64,000 nt of DNA from Octopus vulgaris (taxonomy: Eukaryota): NCBI GenBank assembly GCA_951406725.2, contig OX597829.1, forward strand, positions 42,036,001 to 42,100,000, read 5' to 3'. The notes under the pieces are model-generated. The model saw nothing but the letters and a program-made list of their open reading frames with translations. It made no database searches and was not told where the DNA came from. Shown here one piece after another: positions 28,595 to 43,907 of the stretch. Made by a program: the position numbers and the translations under genes. Position 1 is the first letter of the stretch. Each line of letters opens with the position of its first letter.

Positions 28595-28876
28595 GCCTAG
28601 GTAATGTTGTTTCGTTGGTTGGTGGATTGGATGATTGTTGTTTGATTTGTTGATAGGCTAATTATTGTTCGTTTGATTGGCTGGTTATTTGGTTGGTTGG
28701 CTACGTTGCTTGCTGTTTGATTGGTTGATTGACTATGAGATAATTGTTGTTTGTTTTGTTGGCTAATTGTCTGGCTGGCTGATTATTAGCTACTCGTTAA
28801 TTGGTTAGTTCTTTGTTTGATTCGTTCTTTATTTACTTGGACGATTTGTTGTTTAGCAGATCATACATTTTTGCTT

Positions 28877-29277
28877 ACTCTTTACTCTTTTACTTGTTTC
28901 AGTAATTTGACTGCGGCCATGCTGGAGCACCGCCTTTAATCGAGCAACTCGACCCGGGACTTATTCTTTTGTAAGCCCAATACTTATTCTATCGGTCTCT
29001 TTTTGCCGAACCGCTAAGTAACGGGGACATAAATACACCAGCATCGGTTGTCAAGCAATGCTAGGGGGACAAACACAGACACACAAACACACACACGCAT
29101 ATATATATACATATATACGACGGGCTTCTTTCAGTTTCCGTCCACCAAATCCACTCACAAGGCTTTGGTCGGCCCAGGGTTATAGCAGAAGACACTTGCC
29201 CAAGGGGCCACGCAGTGGGACTGAACCTGGAACCATGTGGTTGGTAAACTAGCTCCTTACCACACAGCCACTCCTGT
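28877..29277 (-). mobile_element. SINE family A
   Basis: Reverse complement of the 8952 element. Confidence 0.92.
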
Positions 29278-29450
29278 GATTTGTGATTTGACTCTTAAGA
29301 TGTTTACCTGGGTGGCTAGTGGGTGTGTTTGGTCGATCGTTTGGTTAGTTGGTCAGTTAGACAGCTACTTCATCGGTTCTTTTTTTTTTTTTCTGAGTGG
29401 CTAGTTGGCTGCTTGGTCGGTTTCTAGCTTGATTGTTTTGCCGGATAGTA

Positions 29451-30023
29451 TACCTATTTCTTTACTACCCACAAGGGGCTAAACACAGAGAGGACAAACA
29501 AGGATAGACAAACGGATTAAGTCGATCCCAGTGCGTGACTGGTACTTATTTAATCGACCCCGAAAGGATGAAAGGCAAAGTTGACCTCGGCGAAATTTCA
29601 ACTCAGAACGTAGCGGCAGACGAAATACCTATTTCTTTACTACCCACAAGGGGAAAGACACAGAGAGGACAAACAAGGACAGACAAACAGATTAAGTCGA
29701 TCCCAGTGCGTAACTGGTACTTATTTAATCGACTCCGAAAGGATGAAAGGCAAAGTTGACCTCGGCGGAATTTCAACTCAGAACGTAGCGGCAGACGAAA
29801 TACCTATTTCTTTACTACCCACAAGGGGATAGACACAGAGAGGACAAACAAGGACAGACAAACGGATTAAGTCGATCCCAGTGCGTAATTGGTACTTATT
29901 TAATCGATCCCGAAAGGATGAAAGGCAAAGTCGATTTCGGCGGAATTTGAACTCAGAACGTAACGGCAGACGAAATACCGCTAAGCATTTCGCCCGGTGT
30001 GCTAACGTTTCTGCCAGCTTGCC
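29451..30023 (-). mobile_element. SINE family B tandem trimer (one head + ~175-bp units)
   Basis: Three units with GACGAAATACC|TATTTCTTT junctions; all share a small deletion (AAGTCGATCCCAGTG). Confidence 0.92.
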
Positions 30024-30303
30024 GAGTATACCGCTTGCCTGAATGTTTGGCCGTTTGACAAGTTACTTGGCTCATTCTTTAATAAGCTGTAAATTTAAAT
30101 TACCTTGTTCACCGGTTACTTAACTAGTTGACAGGTCTGTTCACTGGTTAGCTCGTTCACTGGTAAGTTCATTGCTAAATCAGTTGGTTGTTTATTTGTA
30201 ACATGGTTGGTCAATCTTTTAGCTGGTTGACTCGTTCGTTACTTGATTCATGTCCTAAGGCTTTCAACCGACGGTTCCTCTTGTAACATGTAACGTTGTA
30301 AAA

Positions 30304-30537
30304 GGTGGCGAGCTGGCAGAGTTGTTAGCACGCCGGGCGAAATGCGTAGCCGTATTTCGTCTGCCGTTACGTTCTGAGTTCAAATTCCGCCGAGGTCGAC
30401 TTTGCCTTTCATCCTTTCGGGGTCGATAAATTAAGTACCAGTTACGAACTGGGGTCGATGTAATCGACTTAATCCGTTTGTCTGTCCTTGTTTGTCCCCC
30501 CTATGTTTAGCCCCTTGTGGGTAGTACAGAAATAGGT
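30304..30537 (+). mobile_element. SINE family B
   Basis: Full head and body. Confidence 0.92.
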
Positions 30538-30925
30538 TCCTCTTGTAACATTTATAACACACACACACACAACAGATATATATATACAGACACACACACA
30601 CACATATATATATACACACACATATGTATGTATACAAAATTTACTTAGGCAATGTAAATATTGACAATGAAACGATATGCCTCAGACTGGTTAACATAAA
30701 TTAATAAGGCTTACATACAGAGGAAGTCGTACCCCATTGTACTTTTCAATGAAACACCAAGCGGAATACCTTCTTATTTCCCCAATAAATTTTTACACTA
30801 CATATGAAATAAATTCACTCTTAGTACAGTGCATATATAATATAATATAATATAATATAATATAATATAATATAATATAATATAATATGACAATGTAATA
30901 TAATATGATATAATATATGATATAA

Positions 30926-31299
30926 TCTTTATATATAAAAGTGAGGTTGTGTGCTGTCTGTCTCCTACGATTTAGATTCCTAACTACTCCCACATTTTGC
31001 GGTGCAGTTTAACCAAAACCGGGTATCTTATAATCGTGATTCATATCGAGCCCTTCTGAGTTTACGATTTAAAAAGAAAATTACCATCAATTTTTCCCAT
31101 TTTTAATGCATTTTTGGCACATATAAGGGAAGTAACTCTCTAAAAATTTATTATTAAATCTCAGAACGTAAAAAGTTACAGTAACACCACCCCCTTTGTG
31201 GTTAGCCATATTGAGATGGCTATTATACTTTACATCTCTAAAAATGCTTATATAGTTATTTCCCTTGCAAACCCGAGCAACGCCGGGCGATACTGCTAG
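30926..31299 (+). mobile_element. Non-autonomous Helitron (family H1) in a (TATAA)n tract
   Basis: 5' TC, subterminal hairpin CCCGAGCAACGCCGGG, 3' CTAG; inserted between A and T with no TSD. Confidence 0.88.
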
Positions 31300-31486
31300 T
31301 ATAATATAATATAATATAATATAATATAATATAATATAATATAATATAATATGACAATGTAATATAATATGATATATTATAATATAATATGATATAATAT
31401 ATGATATAATATAATATGATATAATATATGATATAATATAATATGATATAATATAATAAAATATGATGTAATATAACATAATATAC

Positions 31487-31651
31487 AGGTGTGGCTGTGT
31501 GGTAAGAAGTATACTTCCCAAACACATGGTTCTAGGTTCACCCCCACTGTGTAGCATCTTGGGCAACGGTCTGCTACTATAGACACGTGTCGACCAGAGA
31601 CTTCTTGGTGAATTTGGTAAACGTAAAACTGATAGAAGCCTGATATACATA

Positions 31652-31700
<49 letters not shown>

Positions 31701-31920
31701 TTCAGACAGTAATTGTCGTCCACCACCGCTTGACAGTTGGTGTCGGCGAGATTGCGTCGCCTTTATATAGCGGTTCGGCAAAAGACACCAATAAAATAAT
31801 TACTAGTCTTTTTTTTTAATAAGTACTGAAGTTGATTCGGTCGACTAAAACTTATTCAATCAGTGCCCCAGAATGCCCACAGTTTTATGACTGAAACAAG
31901 TAAAAGATAAAAAGTAAAGA
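31487..31920 (+). mobile_element. Diverged SINE family A
   Basis: Same architecture with many substitutions. Confidence 0.8.
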
Positions 31921-31993
31921 TATACATACATAAATACAGATACATACACACACACATGCATATAGTCAATTCGAGGATGTCAAGTCCTCGTCA

Positions 31994-32029
<36 letters not shown>

Positions 32030-32833
32030 GGAATACATATAATAATGAAATAGGAGTTGCGGTTCTATTGGTAAAATCCCAAATTTGTAATAATATTATA
32101 AGTGATACTGTTTACATTGCATTAGTAAAGTGTAAAATAGTAAATGTCCTGATAACCTGGAATACTTATTATTCCCTAACATTTTAAATATATATATATG
32201 TATATAGAGGCGCAGGAGTGGCTGTGCGATAAGTAGCTTGCTAACCAACCACATGGTTCCGGGTTCAGTCCCACTGTGTGGCATCTTGGGCAAGTGTCTT
32301 CTACTATAGTTCTTTCTAAGACAGGAGAGTGCAAGAGAAGGAGATATGTACGTGTATGTGTGAGGGTATGTGCATGCGCGCAGGTCCATGTGTGTGTGCG
32401 TAATAATAGCACGTCTATGTGCGTCTGTGTGTGTGTGTGTGTGTGTGTGGCTTTGGCTGTTAATATGTGTGTGGATTAATGTCGTAGGAATTTTAGGTAG
32501 GAGTGGCAGTCTTTTGTGTCTCTCTTCACATGTGCGTGTGTTCGTGTATGTATATGATGTGTGTGTGTTTTGTGTGCAGTGTGTGTGTATGTGCGTGTAT
32601 GTATGTGTGTGTACGTGTGTGTATGTGTGTATGCGTGGGGTTGTGTGGGGGTTGTGTCTGTGGAGCAAATGTGCATTACTCTGTGTGTGTGCGTGTGTGC
32701 ACGTGTATGTGCTTGTATGTCCATGTATGTCTAATTGTGTGCGTGTATTTATCAATGTGTGTTGTGTGTGTGTGTGTGGGAGATATGTGAGTTCATTTGC
32801 GTGTGTGTGTGCACGCGCGCATGTGTATATATA

Positions 32834-33058
32834 TTTCTTTACTACCCAGAAGGGGCCAAACACAGAGAGGACAAACAAGGACAGACAAAGGGACTAAGTC
32901 GATTACATCGACCCCAGTGCGCAACTGGTACTTAATTTATCGACCCCGAAAGGATGAAAGGCAAAGTCGACCTCGGCGGAATTTGAACTCAGAACGTAAC
33001 GGCAGACGAAATACGGCCACGTATTTCGCCCGGCGTGCTAACGTTTCTGCCAGCTCGC
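32834..33058 (-). mobile_element. SINE family B
   Basis: Reverse complement of the 30304 element. Confidence 0.92.
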
Positions 33059-33127
33059 GTGTATGTATACATTGTGTATACATACACAATGGAGTCGCTG
33101 CTATAATATAGCAGTGACTCCATTTAA

Positions 33128-33167
33128 GACTATCTGAAGAAGGAATATTATTCCGAAACGTCATATC
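33128..33167 (+). ncRNA. Minimal type-I hammerhead ribozyme motif with canonical core
   Basis: UAU-CUGAAGA-A-GGAAU(AUU)AUUCC-GAAA-CGU-C-AUA: 5-bp stem II, GUC triplet, palindromic ACGU stem III, short stem I. Confidence 0.7.
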
Positions 33168-33257
33168 ATACTATGGATGACTAAATTACAACAGGTATAT
33201 AGCCCATTGTTTATATTATACTGCATTGTTGTACCATTCAAAACTTTTTATTCTTAA

Positions 33258-33560
33258 CTAGCAGTATCGCCCGGCGTTGCTCGGGTTTGTAAGGGAAATA
33301 ACTATATAAGCATTTTTAGAGAGTTACTTCCCTTATATAATAGCAAAAAAATGCATTAAAAATGGGAAAAAATGATGGTAAATTATTTTTAAAATCGTAG
33401 ACTCATCGTAGACGCGCGCTAATACTCAGAAGGGCTCGATATGAATCACGACTATAAGATACTCGGTTTTGGTTACACTGCACCGCAAAATGTGGGAGTA
33501 GTTAGGAATCTAAATCGTAGGAGACAGACACTCACACAACTTCCCTTTTATATATAAAGA
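33258..33560 (-). mobile_element. Non-autonomous Helitron (family H1)
   Basis: Reverse-complement copy of the 30926 element with an internal deletion; same TC/CTAG ends. Confidence 0.88.
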
Positions 33561-33839
33561 TAACAGTAACGTAGAAAGTTAATATAAAGAGCTACAAAAA
33601 CGGACTAAACAGAATACCGACAGAATATAGAGAATGAGCTGCTAAACTTAAGCTAAGTTAATCTCCTTCATTTACGATATTTGAAAAAATTGAACATGAA
33701 TAGAAGTAGATACGAAAATTTGCAACACTGTCTAAGAAGTGCAACAGTCAAACCCGAAACTCTTGACAGTAGTACCGGTTCAACAACCAATATTCCGAAG
33801 GCGTGCAATGGAATAAAATGCAGAACACGTGCAGGAAGA

Positions 33840-33985
33840 GGCGCGGGAGTGGCTGTGTGGTAAGTAGCTTGCTAACCAACCACATGGTTCCGGTGGCATC
33901 TTGGGCAAGTGTCTTCTGCTATAGCCTCGGGCCGACCAATGCCTTGTGAGTGGATTTGGTAGACGGAAACTGAAAGAAGCCTGTC

Positions 33986-34039
<54 letters not shown>

Positions 34040-34262
34040 GTGTGTGTGTGTGTCTGTGTTTGTCCCCCTAGCATTGCTTGACAACCGATGCTGATGTGTT
34101 TACGTCCCCGTCACTTAGCGGTTCGGCAAAAAGAGACCGATAGAATAAGTACTGGGCTTACAAAAAGAATAAGTCCCGGGGTCGATTTGCTCGACTAAAA
34201 GGCGGTGCTCCAGCATGGCCGCAGTCAAATGACTGAAACAAGTAAAAGAGTAAAAGAGTAAA
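33840..34262 (+). mobile_element. SINE family A lacking the B-box segment
   Basis: GGTTCCG joins directly to GTGGCATC (deletion of GTTCAGTCCCACTGC). Confidence 0.9.
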
Positions 34263-34615
34263 ACTGTTTACTACATTTGTGTTTGGCTGCCCATTTACAA
34301 TTCGAATCGCGTATTCGTTAAATAAATGATGGGGGATAATCTGTACAAGAAAAGAAGAAAAAAATAGATAACGCATTTGGGAAATGTGCGACGAAAATGT
34401 GATGAGAAAAATTGATGATTATGACGACGGCGACGGTGACGACGACGATGACGATGATGACGAGGATGAGGAAACTAAAAAAAAATAAATCATTATAAGC
34501 AAACAAAAAATTTTAAAATAATTAAAAAAAAAAAAAGCGAATCGAAAATAGAGAAGAAAATAAATAGTTATAGAAGCAAATATAAAGATACACAAAAAAA
34601 TATTGACGAAATATC

Positions 34616-34718
<103 letters not shown>

Positions 34719-34780
34719 ATATATATATATATATATGTATGTATGTGTATATATATATATATACACACATACATATATAT

Positions 34781-34941
<161 letters not shown>

Positions 34942-35337
34942 CCCCAGAATACGCACCATAATCGATTCCAGAATATAAACGAAAGAAAAGCAAAACAAAA
35001 ACAAAAAAAAAAGAAAATCAAAAACAAAAATTCTGAAACAAGAAAAATATTTCAACTTTAAAGGTCAGTTCACGAAAAGTAAACAAAAATTTATACCAAA
35101 ATATTTTGTCAAGTGCTTTGAGGAATATGATTTAAGGCCAAAAGCATTGACAAGGAGACAACATTTATGTGAATAACATGAAGTTAAATCTGAATTTTCA
35201 AAACTAACATATAAAGTGGCATTTAGTCTCACTCTTCTCTGTGTGACGTGTGTCTAAATCACTCCCGGATTGACTTTACATTTCATGAGATTAGAGTATA
35301 TATATATATATATTTATATATATGTATAAAAAAAAAA

Positions 35338-35391
<54 letters not shown>

Positions 35392-35452
35392 AAGCCAAAA
35401 TATGAAAATATACATATATATATATATATATATATGTAAAGGAAACAATATG

Positions 35453-35512
<60 letters not shown>

Positions 35513-35588
35513 CGAAACACAGTGTAAAAATGTATATATATATATGTGAAAAATATGTAAATATACATATATATATAAATGAAAAATA

Positions 35589-35634
<46 letters not shown>

Positions 35635-36000
35635 GAAAAATATGTATATATATATGTGTGCGTGTGTGTGTGTGTGTATAAATGAAAAATATTCAAGTAA
35701 TATTAAAAACTCTTCGATCCAGCTAATCTTCTAGTGGGGCTGCATGATTATATATACTTTTGCACTTTTACAAAGTTTCAGTGAGTGGGTTATTGCTATG
35801 TTGCTGCACACCCATTATAGCTACGGCACACTCACACAAATCTATGTGTGATACATCGTTTTTGTATTTGGTTGGCAAGGTTGTTTATGTGAATTCCTGT
35901 ATTGAAACAAATTTTGTTGTGTCTTGGGAGAGTCATAAAAAGAGTCAGAGGGTGAGATATTACTTAAGTATTCATTACACCAATACGCCAATAGGCCAAT

Positions 36001-36231
36001 ACTCTTTTACTCTTTACTCTTTTACTTGTTTCAGTCATTTGACTGCGGCCATGCTGGAGCACCGCCTTTAATCGACCAAATCGACCCCGGGATTTATTCT
36101 TTGTAAGCCCAGTACTTATTCTATCGGTCTCTTTTGCCGAACCGCTAAGTCACGGGGACGTAAACACACCAGCATTGTTGTCAAGCAATCCTAGGGGGAC
36201 AAACACAGACACAGAAACATATACACATACA

Positions 36232-36291
<60 letters not shown>

Positions 36292-36452
36292 TACGACAGG
36301 CTTCTTTCAGTTTCCGTTTACCAAATCCACTCACAAGGCATTGGTCGGCCCGGGGCTATAGCAGAGGACACTTGCCCAAGATGCCACGCAGTGGGACTGA
36401 ACCCGGAACTATGTGGTTTGTTAGCAAGCTACTTACCACACAGCCACTCCTG
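36001..36452 (-). mobile_element. SINE family A
   Basis: Reverse complement of the 8952 element. Confidence 0.92.
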
Positions 36453-36907
36453 TGCATATACGTTGCATATGTTATTAATATTAGCGTAATCACTCTCTCA
36501 AGACACAACCGAAAAATCCTTAAAATTTGTGTCATCATACCAGTGTTCTTCATGTTGTTGGTGACGTAATTTAGATACGTTTTGTCTTGATATGTTAGCG
36601 TCGTTTAATTGTTTAACCCCGGTCGAACAGATCTAATGATCGAAAGCATTTCTAGAACAGACATGTCTTTATTTTAACTGCTTTTTTTCAGTCCTACCGT
36701 ATCTAGATAGGCAATGGTATATTTCTGAGAAATTTTGTTGCCGTCTCTAGCACTTTCAAAGAATATATAACAATTCATGTTTATGTGCCGAAGAACAAGG
36801 ATGGGTGAGGTAGGGGAATCAGTTTACCCCCATAGTGTCTTTTTCTTCAAAAATTTCAGACATCTTTTGTGGAATCAAAGTGACATCTTATATTCAGAGA
36901 CTGTATT

Positions 36908-37306
<399 letters not shown>

Positions 37307-37599
37307 TACGGGTATGTAGTTGGCATTCAGGTCTCCAATATTTCGCAGTTTTTTTCTTAATTAGAAGTCAGAAAGAAGATTAGTGGTTAGCGTATCTTTT
37401 TTTTTTTTTTTTTCTTTTCAACTCACTTTTGCTTATACCAATACACTTTCGACCGTTTCCCCGTTGAATTAATTTACGCCAACCATATTAATTTCGATTC
37501 GAACGTTCCAAATGTTGCAACTTCTAATTTTCTTTTTTTTGCATTCCTAATCTCGCTTTCGACCAATAGTAGTTCTCAACCATTTTTTTTTTTTACTTA

Positions 37600-37760
37600 T
37601 GGATCCTTGTGCTACGAACGATGAAGCACAACACACAAAGTAGTTCATAAATGGCAGCGTGATCAGTCGAATACCTTCTTCTCTGATGGAATAAGCAATC
37701 TTGTGGACCGCTGGAAGAAGCGCATGGAAAAACAAGGAGACTATGGCAGCAAATTATGTA
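37600..37760 (+). pseudogene. mariner transposase C-terminal fragment
   Basis: DQSNTFFSDGISNLVDRWKKRMEKQGDY matches the mariner FF..GI..LV.RW.KC....GDY terminus. Confidence 0.8.
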
Positions 37761-37842
37761 ATTCTACAAACCCGGCTGCTGTTTTAGTAAATTGCAGAAA
37801 CAAGATTGTATATAATTTTAAAGTTATCCTAGTATATATTTC

Positions 37843-37995
37843 CGTGTTTCTTTTCTGTGTATCTTTCTGTTGAAGAGCGTATGCTCGAAACGTAAAATAC
37901 TTGTTTTATTTATATTCCTGAGCGCCATACTAATACAATTGTTTGTTTGTATTCCACCTACCTTCGTCTTTTGTTTATTTTCATAAAGCTTCCCG

Positions 37996-37998
<3 letters not shown>
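37843..37998 (+). mobile_element. Solo PLE pseudo-LTR with CUGUUGA hammerhead variant
   Basis: Homologous to the 17545 and 51375 copies. Confidence 0.75.
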
Positions 37999-38037
<39 letters not shown>

Positions 38038-38266
38038 CTGTGAAACTTGACTGGTGACTGCAGTTGCTGCCATCTACAGTTGTTTTCCTAGTAAGAGGCA
38101 GAAAGAAAAAGAGTTTGCTAAGAAATAGAAGAGAGGGAGAAATTCCCTCAAGGGGAGAGAACCGCTTAGAGATCATTTTTCTCCTTTTTTTCTTTGCCTC
38201 ATTACGAGGTAGAGGACATATAAAAGAATATTTCTACACACACACAGACACACAGACGCACATGCA

Positions 38267-38319
<53 letters not shown>

Positions 38320-38853
38320 ATATACTCAGCGGTGTGATGATTTTCAGTAGATTAGTTTAATTAACTTCGTTGATAATTTGATATGATAATTGCTTGTAAA
38401 GACTGAATTAAAAGATATTACTTGCCTGTGGAATATTAAAAGGCGTGTAAGGTACTACTTGAAGCTCAATGTGGTAATCCTTCTGAAATCTGGTCTTATA
38501 TTATTAAAAAATTAGGAACGACATAATATCACTCAGAATTTTATACAAAATCCAACCTGGTAGTATGATTTGCTAAATGTAACAACCAAATCTCCTACAA
38601 ACCATTCTGATTTATGAGTGTATATTTGATATGATATAATACATACGTGTATAATAGCTGTAATGGTAAATGTTTTTGATTTTCATTCCTTCCATGAATT
38701 TATCCCTTTTTGTGTCTCTAGCACTACGCTTCCTTATTTGGAAGCCTTATATTATATTTCTATATGAATAATATATTGTCTAATGACTAATTCATCTTTT
38801 GTGCTAGGCCACTGGTAATAATAATTTATGTTATTACCCTATTTGATTATGTA

Positions 38854-38949
<96 letters not shown>

Positions 38950-38984
38950 CATAAATACATACACCCCCAGCACATATATATATG

Positions 38985-39665
38985 GAAAAAGTCGAGGTAA
39001 AAAATGCTAAAATAATTTTATAAAAAAACATTTCAGTACCGGTTTCAGTCATTGAGACTTTTTCAACTGTAAGTATGGAAAACAATTAAGTTTTGGAAAA
39101 ATTAAAAGAAAAGTTTTTCAAAAGAATATTTGTATAGTGTTCAAATATAAGTGGCATTTTCTTTGTTTCTGCATGTCTCTGTCTCTCTTGTTTACTCTTG
39201 TGGGTTCGAGGTCGTTGTGAATTCTTGGCAGAGAAGAAGAAGAAGAAGAAGAAGAAGAAGAAGAAGAAGAAGAAGAAGAAGAAGAAGAAGAAGAAGAAGA
39301 AGAAGAAGAAGAAGAAGAAGAAGAAGAAGGAGGAGGAGAAGAAGAAGAAGAAGAAGAAGAAGAAGAAGAAGAAGAAGAAGAAGAAGAAGAAGAAGAAGCT
39401 CCTTCTCCTCCTTCTTCTCTGCCAAGAATTCAAAACGACCTCGAACCAACTAGAGTAAACAAGAGAGACACAGATAGGCAGAAACAAGGAAAATGCCACT
39501 TGTATTTGAATACTATGCAAATATTCCTTAAAAAAAATTTTTCAATTAATTTTTCCAAAATTTAATTGTTTTTCATGCTTACAGTTGAAAAAGCCTCGAT
39601 GACTGAAACCGGTACTGAAATGTTTTTATGAAATAATTTTAGCATTTTCTACTTTGACTTCTTTT
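38985..39665. repeat. Inverted repeat (~250-bp arms) around a (GAA)n tract; each arm carries a U3-A8 hammerhead variant
   Basis: Arms ~38985-39235 and ~39413-39665 are diverged reverse complements; motifs at 39034-39069 (-) and 39582-39617 (+). Confidence 0.88.
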
Positions 39666-39703
39666 CCACTCGTGTGTTCCATTCCAACCTTATATATAGA
39701 GCA

Positions 39704-40520
<817 letters not shown>

Positions 40521-40631
40521 TAATGATAATTATAATAAGAAAGAAACAAATAAATAAAAGTATTACATAGTAGAAATAGCAACGGAATCTAACATGTTCT
40601 CGTGACAGAAAATATAGATATAGGAGAGCGC

Positions 40632-40722
<91 letters not shown>

Positions 40723-41136
40723 TGGGGGATGGGGAGAGAGATGGAGAAAGAGAGGAGGAAGGAGGGAGAGAGGGAGAGAAAGAGCAGGGAAAATGCTAAA
40801 TGATAAAATAATAAAATAGTGCTATTTATATAAAAGGTAGAAAGAATAGTTTTTATAAAAAGAAGACAGAATAGAAAGTAAAGAAGTGTGTGTGTTTGTG
40901 TGTGTGTGTTTGTGTGTGTGTATATGTGTGTGTGTGCGCGTGCGCAGGAAGACACAACGGAAGAAGGAAAATGATTGACTGAAAATGCGAGAATATGATA
41001 CACACATACACACACACACACACACGCACACACACACACACACACACACAAGTACATATAAATGCACATACACATTTACGGGCATAAACATATAAAACCG
41101 TATGTATAGGTAAGTAACATATACTACCGTATGAAT

Positions 41137-41181
<45 letters not shown>

Positions 41182-42183
41182 TGTGTGTGTGTGTGTGTGT
41201 GCGTACACAGGCGTGCAGGAATACCAATATATATGGGAATATGTATTGGTATTTATATGTGTGCATACTTGTGTGTAAGATGTGTGGAGGAAGAGAAAGA
41301 AAGAAAGAGTGAGAGAGAGATAGATAGAAAGAGAGAGAGAGGGAGAGAGATAGAAAGAGAGAGAGAGAGAGAGAGAGGGAGAGAGGGAGAGAGAGATGAA
41401 AAAGAAATAGAGAAAGGAAGGGAAGTGTTTGTCAAGGGCGGCTGAGATTGTGCGATCGATCGCCGTTTAGAAAACGCTGTGGCTTTCGTCAAGTTAATTC
41501 AGAAATGTCTCGCTGAGTAATTGTCTGGCTTTCATATCTGACGGCCCGTGCCAAAGATTGATTTGAATCGTATTCCCCTTCACTCGGAAGCTGCCTATAT
41601 CCATCGAGAATGTGCGATTAGCAGAATAAATCAAACCATTCGTTTAAACGTGCGCACTTTCAGGACATAGGTGTGCGCTCATTCGCTCAAGGTTAACGAT
41701 TGGACACGGAATAAGTCGACTTGAATAAATGCTTCGATTGTCCAGTTGAGCGTGTGTCATCTGCTGTTGACGCAGTTTGATGCTGTCTCTAGCAACAGGA
41801 CGGACATTCAGCGGAATAGACGTGGCTTAATATTGTGCATCTGATGTGTATAGGTGTGCGTGTGTATGTGTACATGCGTGCGCACACGTAGACAGACACA
41901 CAGACACACACACACACACATACACACATACATACATACACACATACTTGCACAAACGTTTATACATATATGTCATTTCTGTTATATGTACACAGGCTGA
42001 TAGGTAATGAAATTCATTGCAATATAATTATCTATTGACATCTATTTGTATTGATAAGTTGGTTTATATATATAAACGAATATACATGTACATACATGCA
42101 TACATAAATACATACATACACGTACGCACACACACACACACAGACATATATGTAGACATATATATTCGCACTCCTTCTATCAC

Positions 42184-42227
<44 letters not shown>

Positions 42228-42253
42228 CATATATAAATGTATGTATGTATTTA

Positions 42254-42305
<52 letters not shown>

Positions 42306-42449
42306 TATATACATACATATATTTATATACATACATATATATATATATATAAATTTTACAATACAAATATACGTCAGTAAATAATCATACGTGCATACAT
42401 ACGTATATGCATACATACACACATATATAAATATAAGCATGTATATATC

Positions 42450-42525
<76 letters not shown>

Positions 42526-42535
42526 CCTATCTATA

Positions 42536-42586
<51 letters not shown>

Positions 42587-42830
42587 ATATCTATCTATCT
42601 ATCTATCTATTTATCAATCCACACAGGGAGAGAAAGTGTGAGGAGAGACATAAGTAGGTAGATGTAAAATAGATAGATAGGTAGATAAATTGTCATTGAT
42701 TTATGATAATGGTCATACTCTTTGCTACTCGTACACAAGACATAAAATCTATGCATGTGCACGCACCATACACACATATACATAAAACCATATTTATATG
42801 CCTATATACATACATAACCACTAACCTATA

Positions 42831-42861
<31 letters not shown>

Positions 42862-42921
42862 CAACAACAAAAAGAGGGAAGGAGAATTTCGATTATTCGC
42901 ACGTGGTGAATTTGTAATGCA

Positions 42922-42952
<31 letters not shown>

Positions 42953-43056
42953 AAAAGCAGTAAAATGCACACAGTTTACGTACATTTGTTATATATTTTA
43001 CAATATTTTGTGTTTGTAAACTGGTTTCGCTTTCCCTAATCATGACGTTGAATTAT

Positions 43057-43907
43057 TGTAATTTCGTATTTTCTTAAAAAGATTTTAGTCCTTGTTGTGT
43101 GTGGAGAAGTTTGTGAATGAATGACTCAACAAGTAGAAAAATCTCAGGGAAGGTAATTGGTGATCGTTATTATTGGGGACAGGGGAGGTAATTGTTCATC
43201 TTTCGGGGAGGAGATAAATAAATATATATATACAAAAAACTCAAAAGCTAAAGTAATGCAATTAAATACGAACAGCAATGGGTATGTGATCAAGAATTAA
43301 AATATATACTACAACCAAAGCTGGTTATACGTTCATATTTAGGCGTGTTCTGTATTTTTCGATGAATAATTTTTTTTTATTTAAACGTTCTTGTAAGAAA
43401 TTGTTTCTTTGCACTGGTAGATGGGGGAAAACTGTGAAGTTTGGTTGGATATTACCTGCACATCTCTATGTGTTCACTCAAAGGAATCTGTCTGCATAGC
43501 GGGAACCGGATCTGTTCCTTATGTAGTGTGGTTCTCCGTCTCAATGTCATACTTGTCTGTCCTGTATAGTTATGTCCACAACCTGAACATGTTATAATAT
43601 AAATTAGATTCTCGGATGCACAAGATAAGTTGGTTTTAATTGGAACCTCTCAGCAATTCCTCTTCATAATAGAAACAAAGAGAGAGGTTTACAATTAACA
43701 CAAAGAAAGGTTTACAATTTTGAGCTTTTGAGTTTTATATGTATATTCATTTATCCCCTCCCCGAAAGATAAGCAATTAATTCCCCTGTCCTAAATAATA
43801 CCGATCACTAATTACCCTCCCACCTTAGATTTTTCTACTTGTTGGATCATTCATTCACAAAATGCTCCGCACAAGACATGAACTTCTTAAGAAAATACGA
43901 AATCACA
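43057..43907. repeat. Inverted repeat (arms ~43057-43220 and ~43749-43907) bracketing the GIY-YIG remnant
   Basis: e.g. TGTGAATGAATGACTCAACAAGTAGAAAAATCT vs AGATTTTTCTACTTGTTGGATCATTCATTCACA. Confidence 0.85.
43330..43640 (-). pseudogene. Penelope-like (Neptune-type) GIY-YIG endonuclease remnant
   Basis: IKTNLSCASENLIYIITCSGCGHNYTGQTSMTLRRRTTLHKEQIRFPLCRQIPLSEHIEMC...ERLNKKKLFIEKYRTRLN (with frameshifts). Confidence 0.85.
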
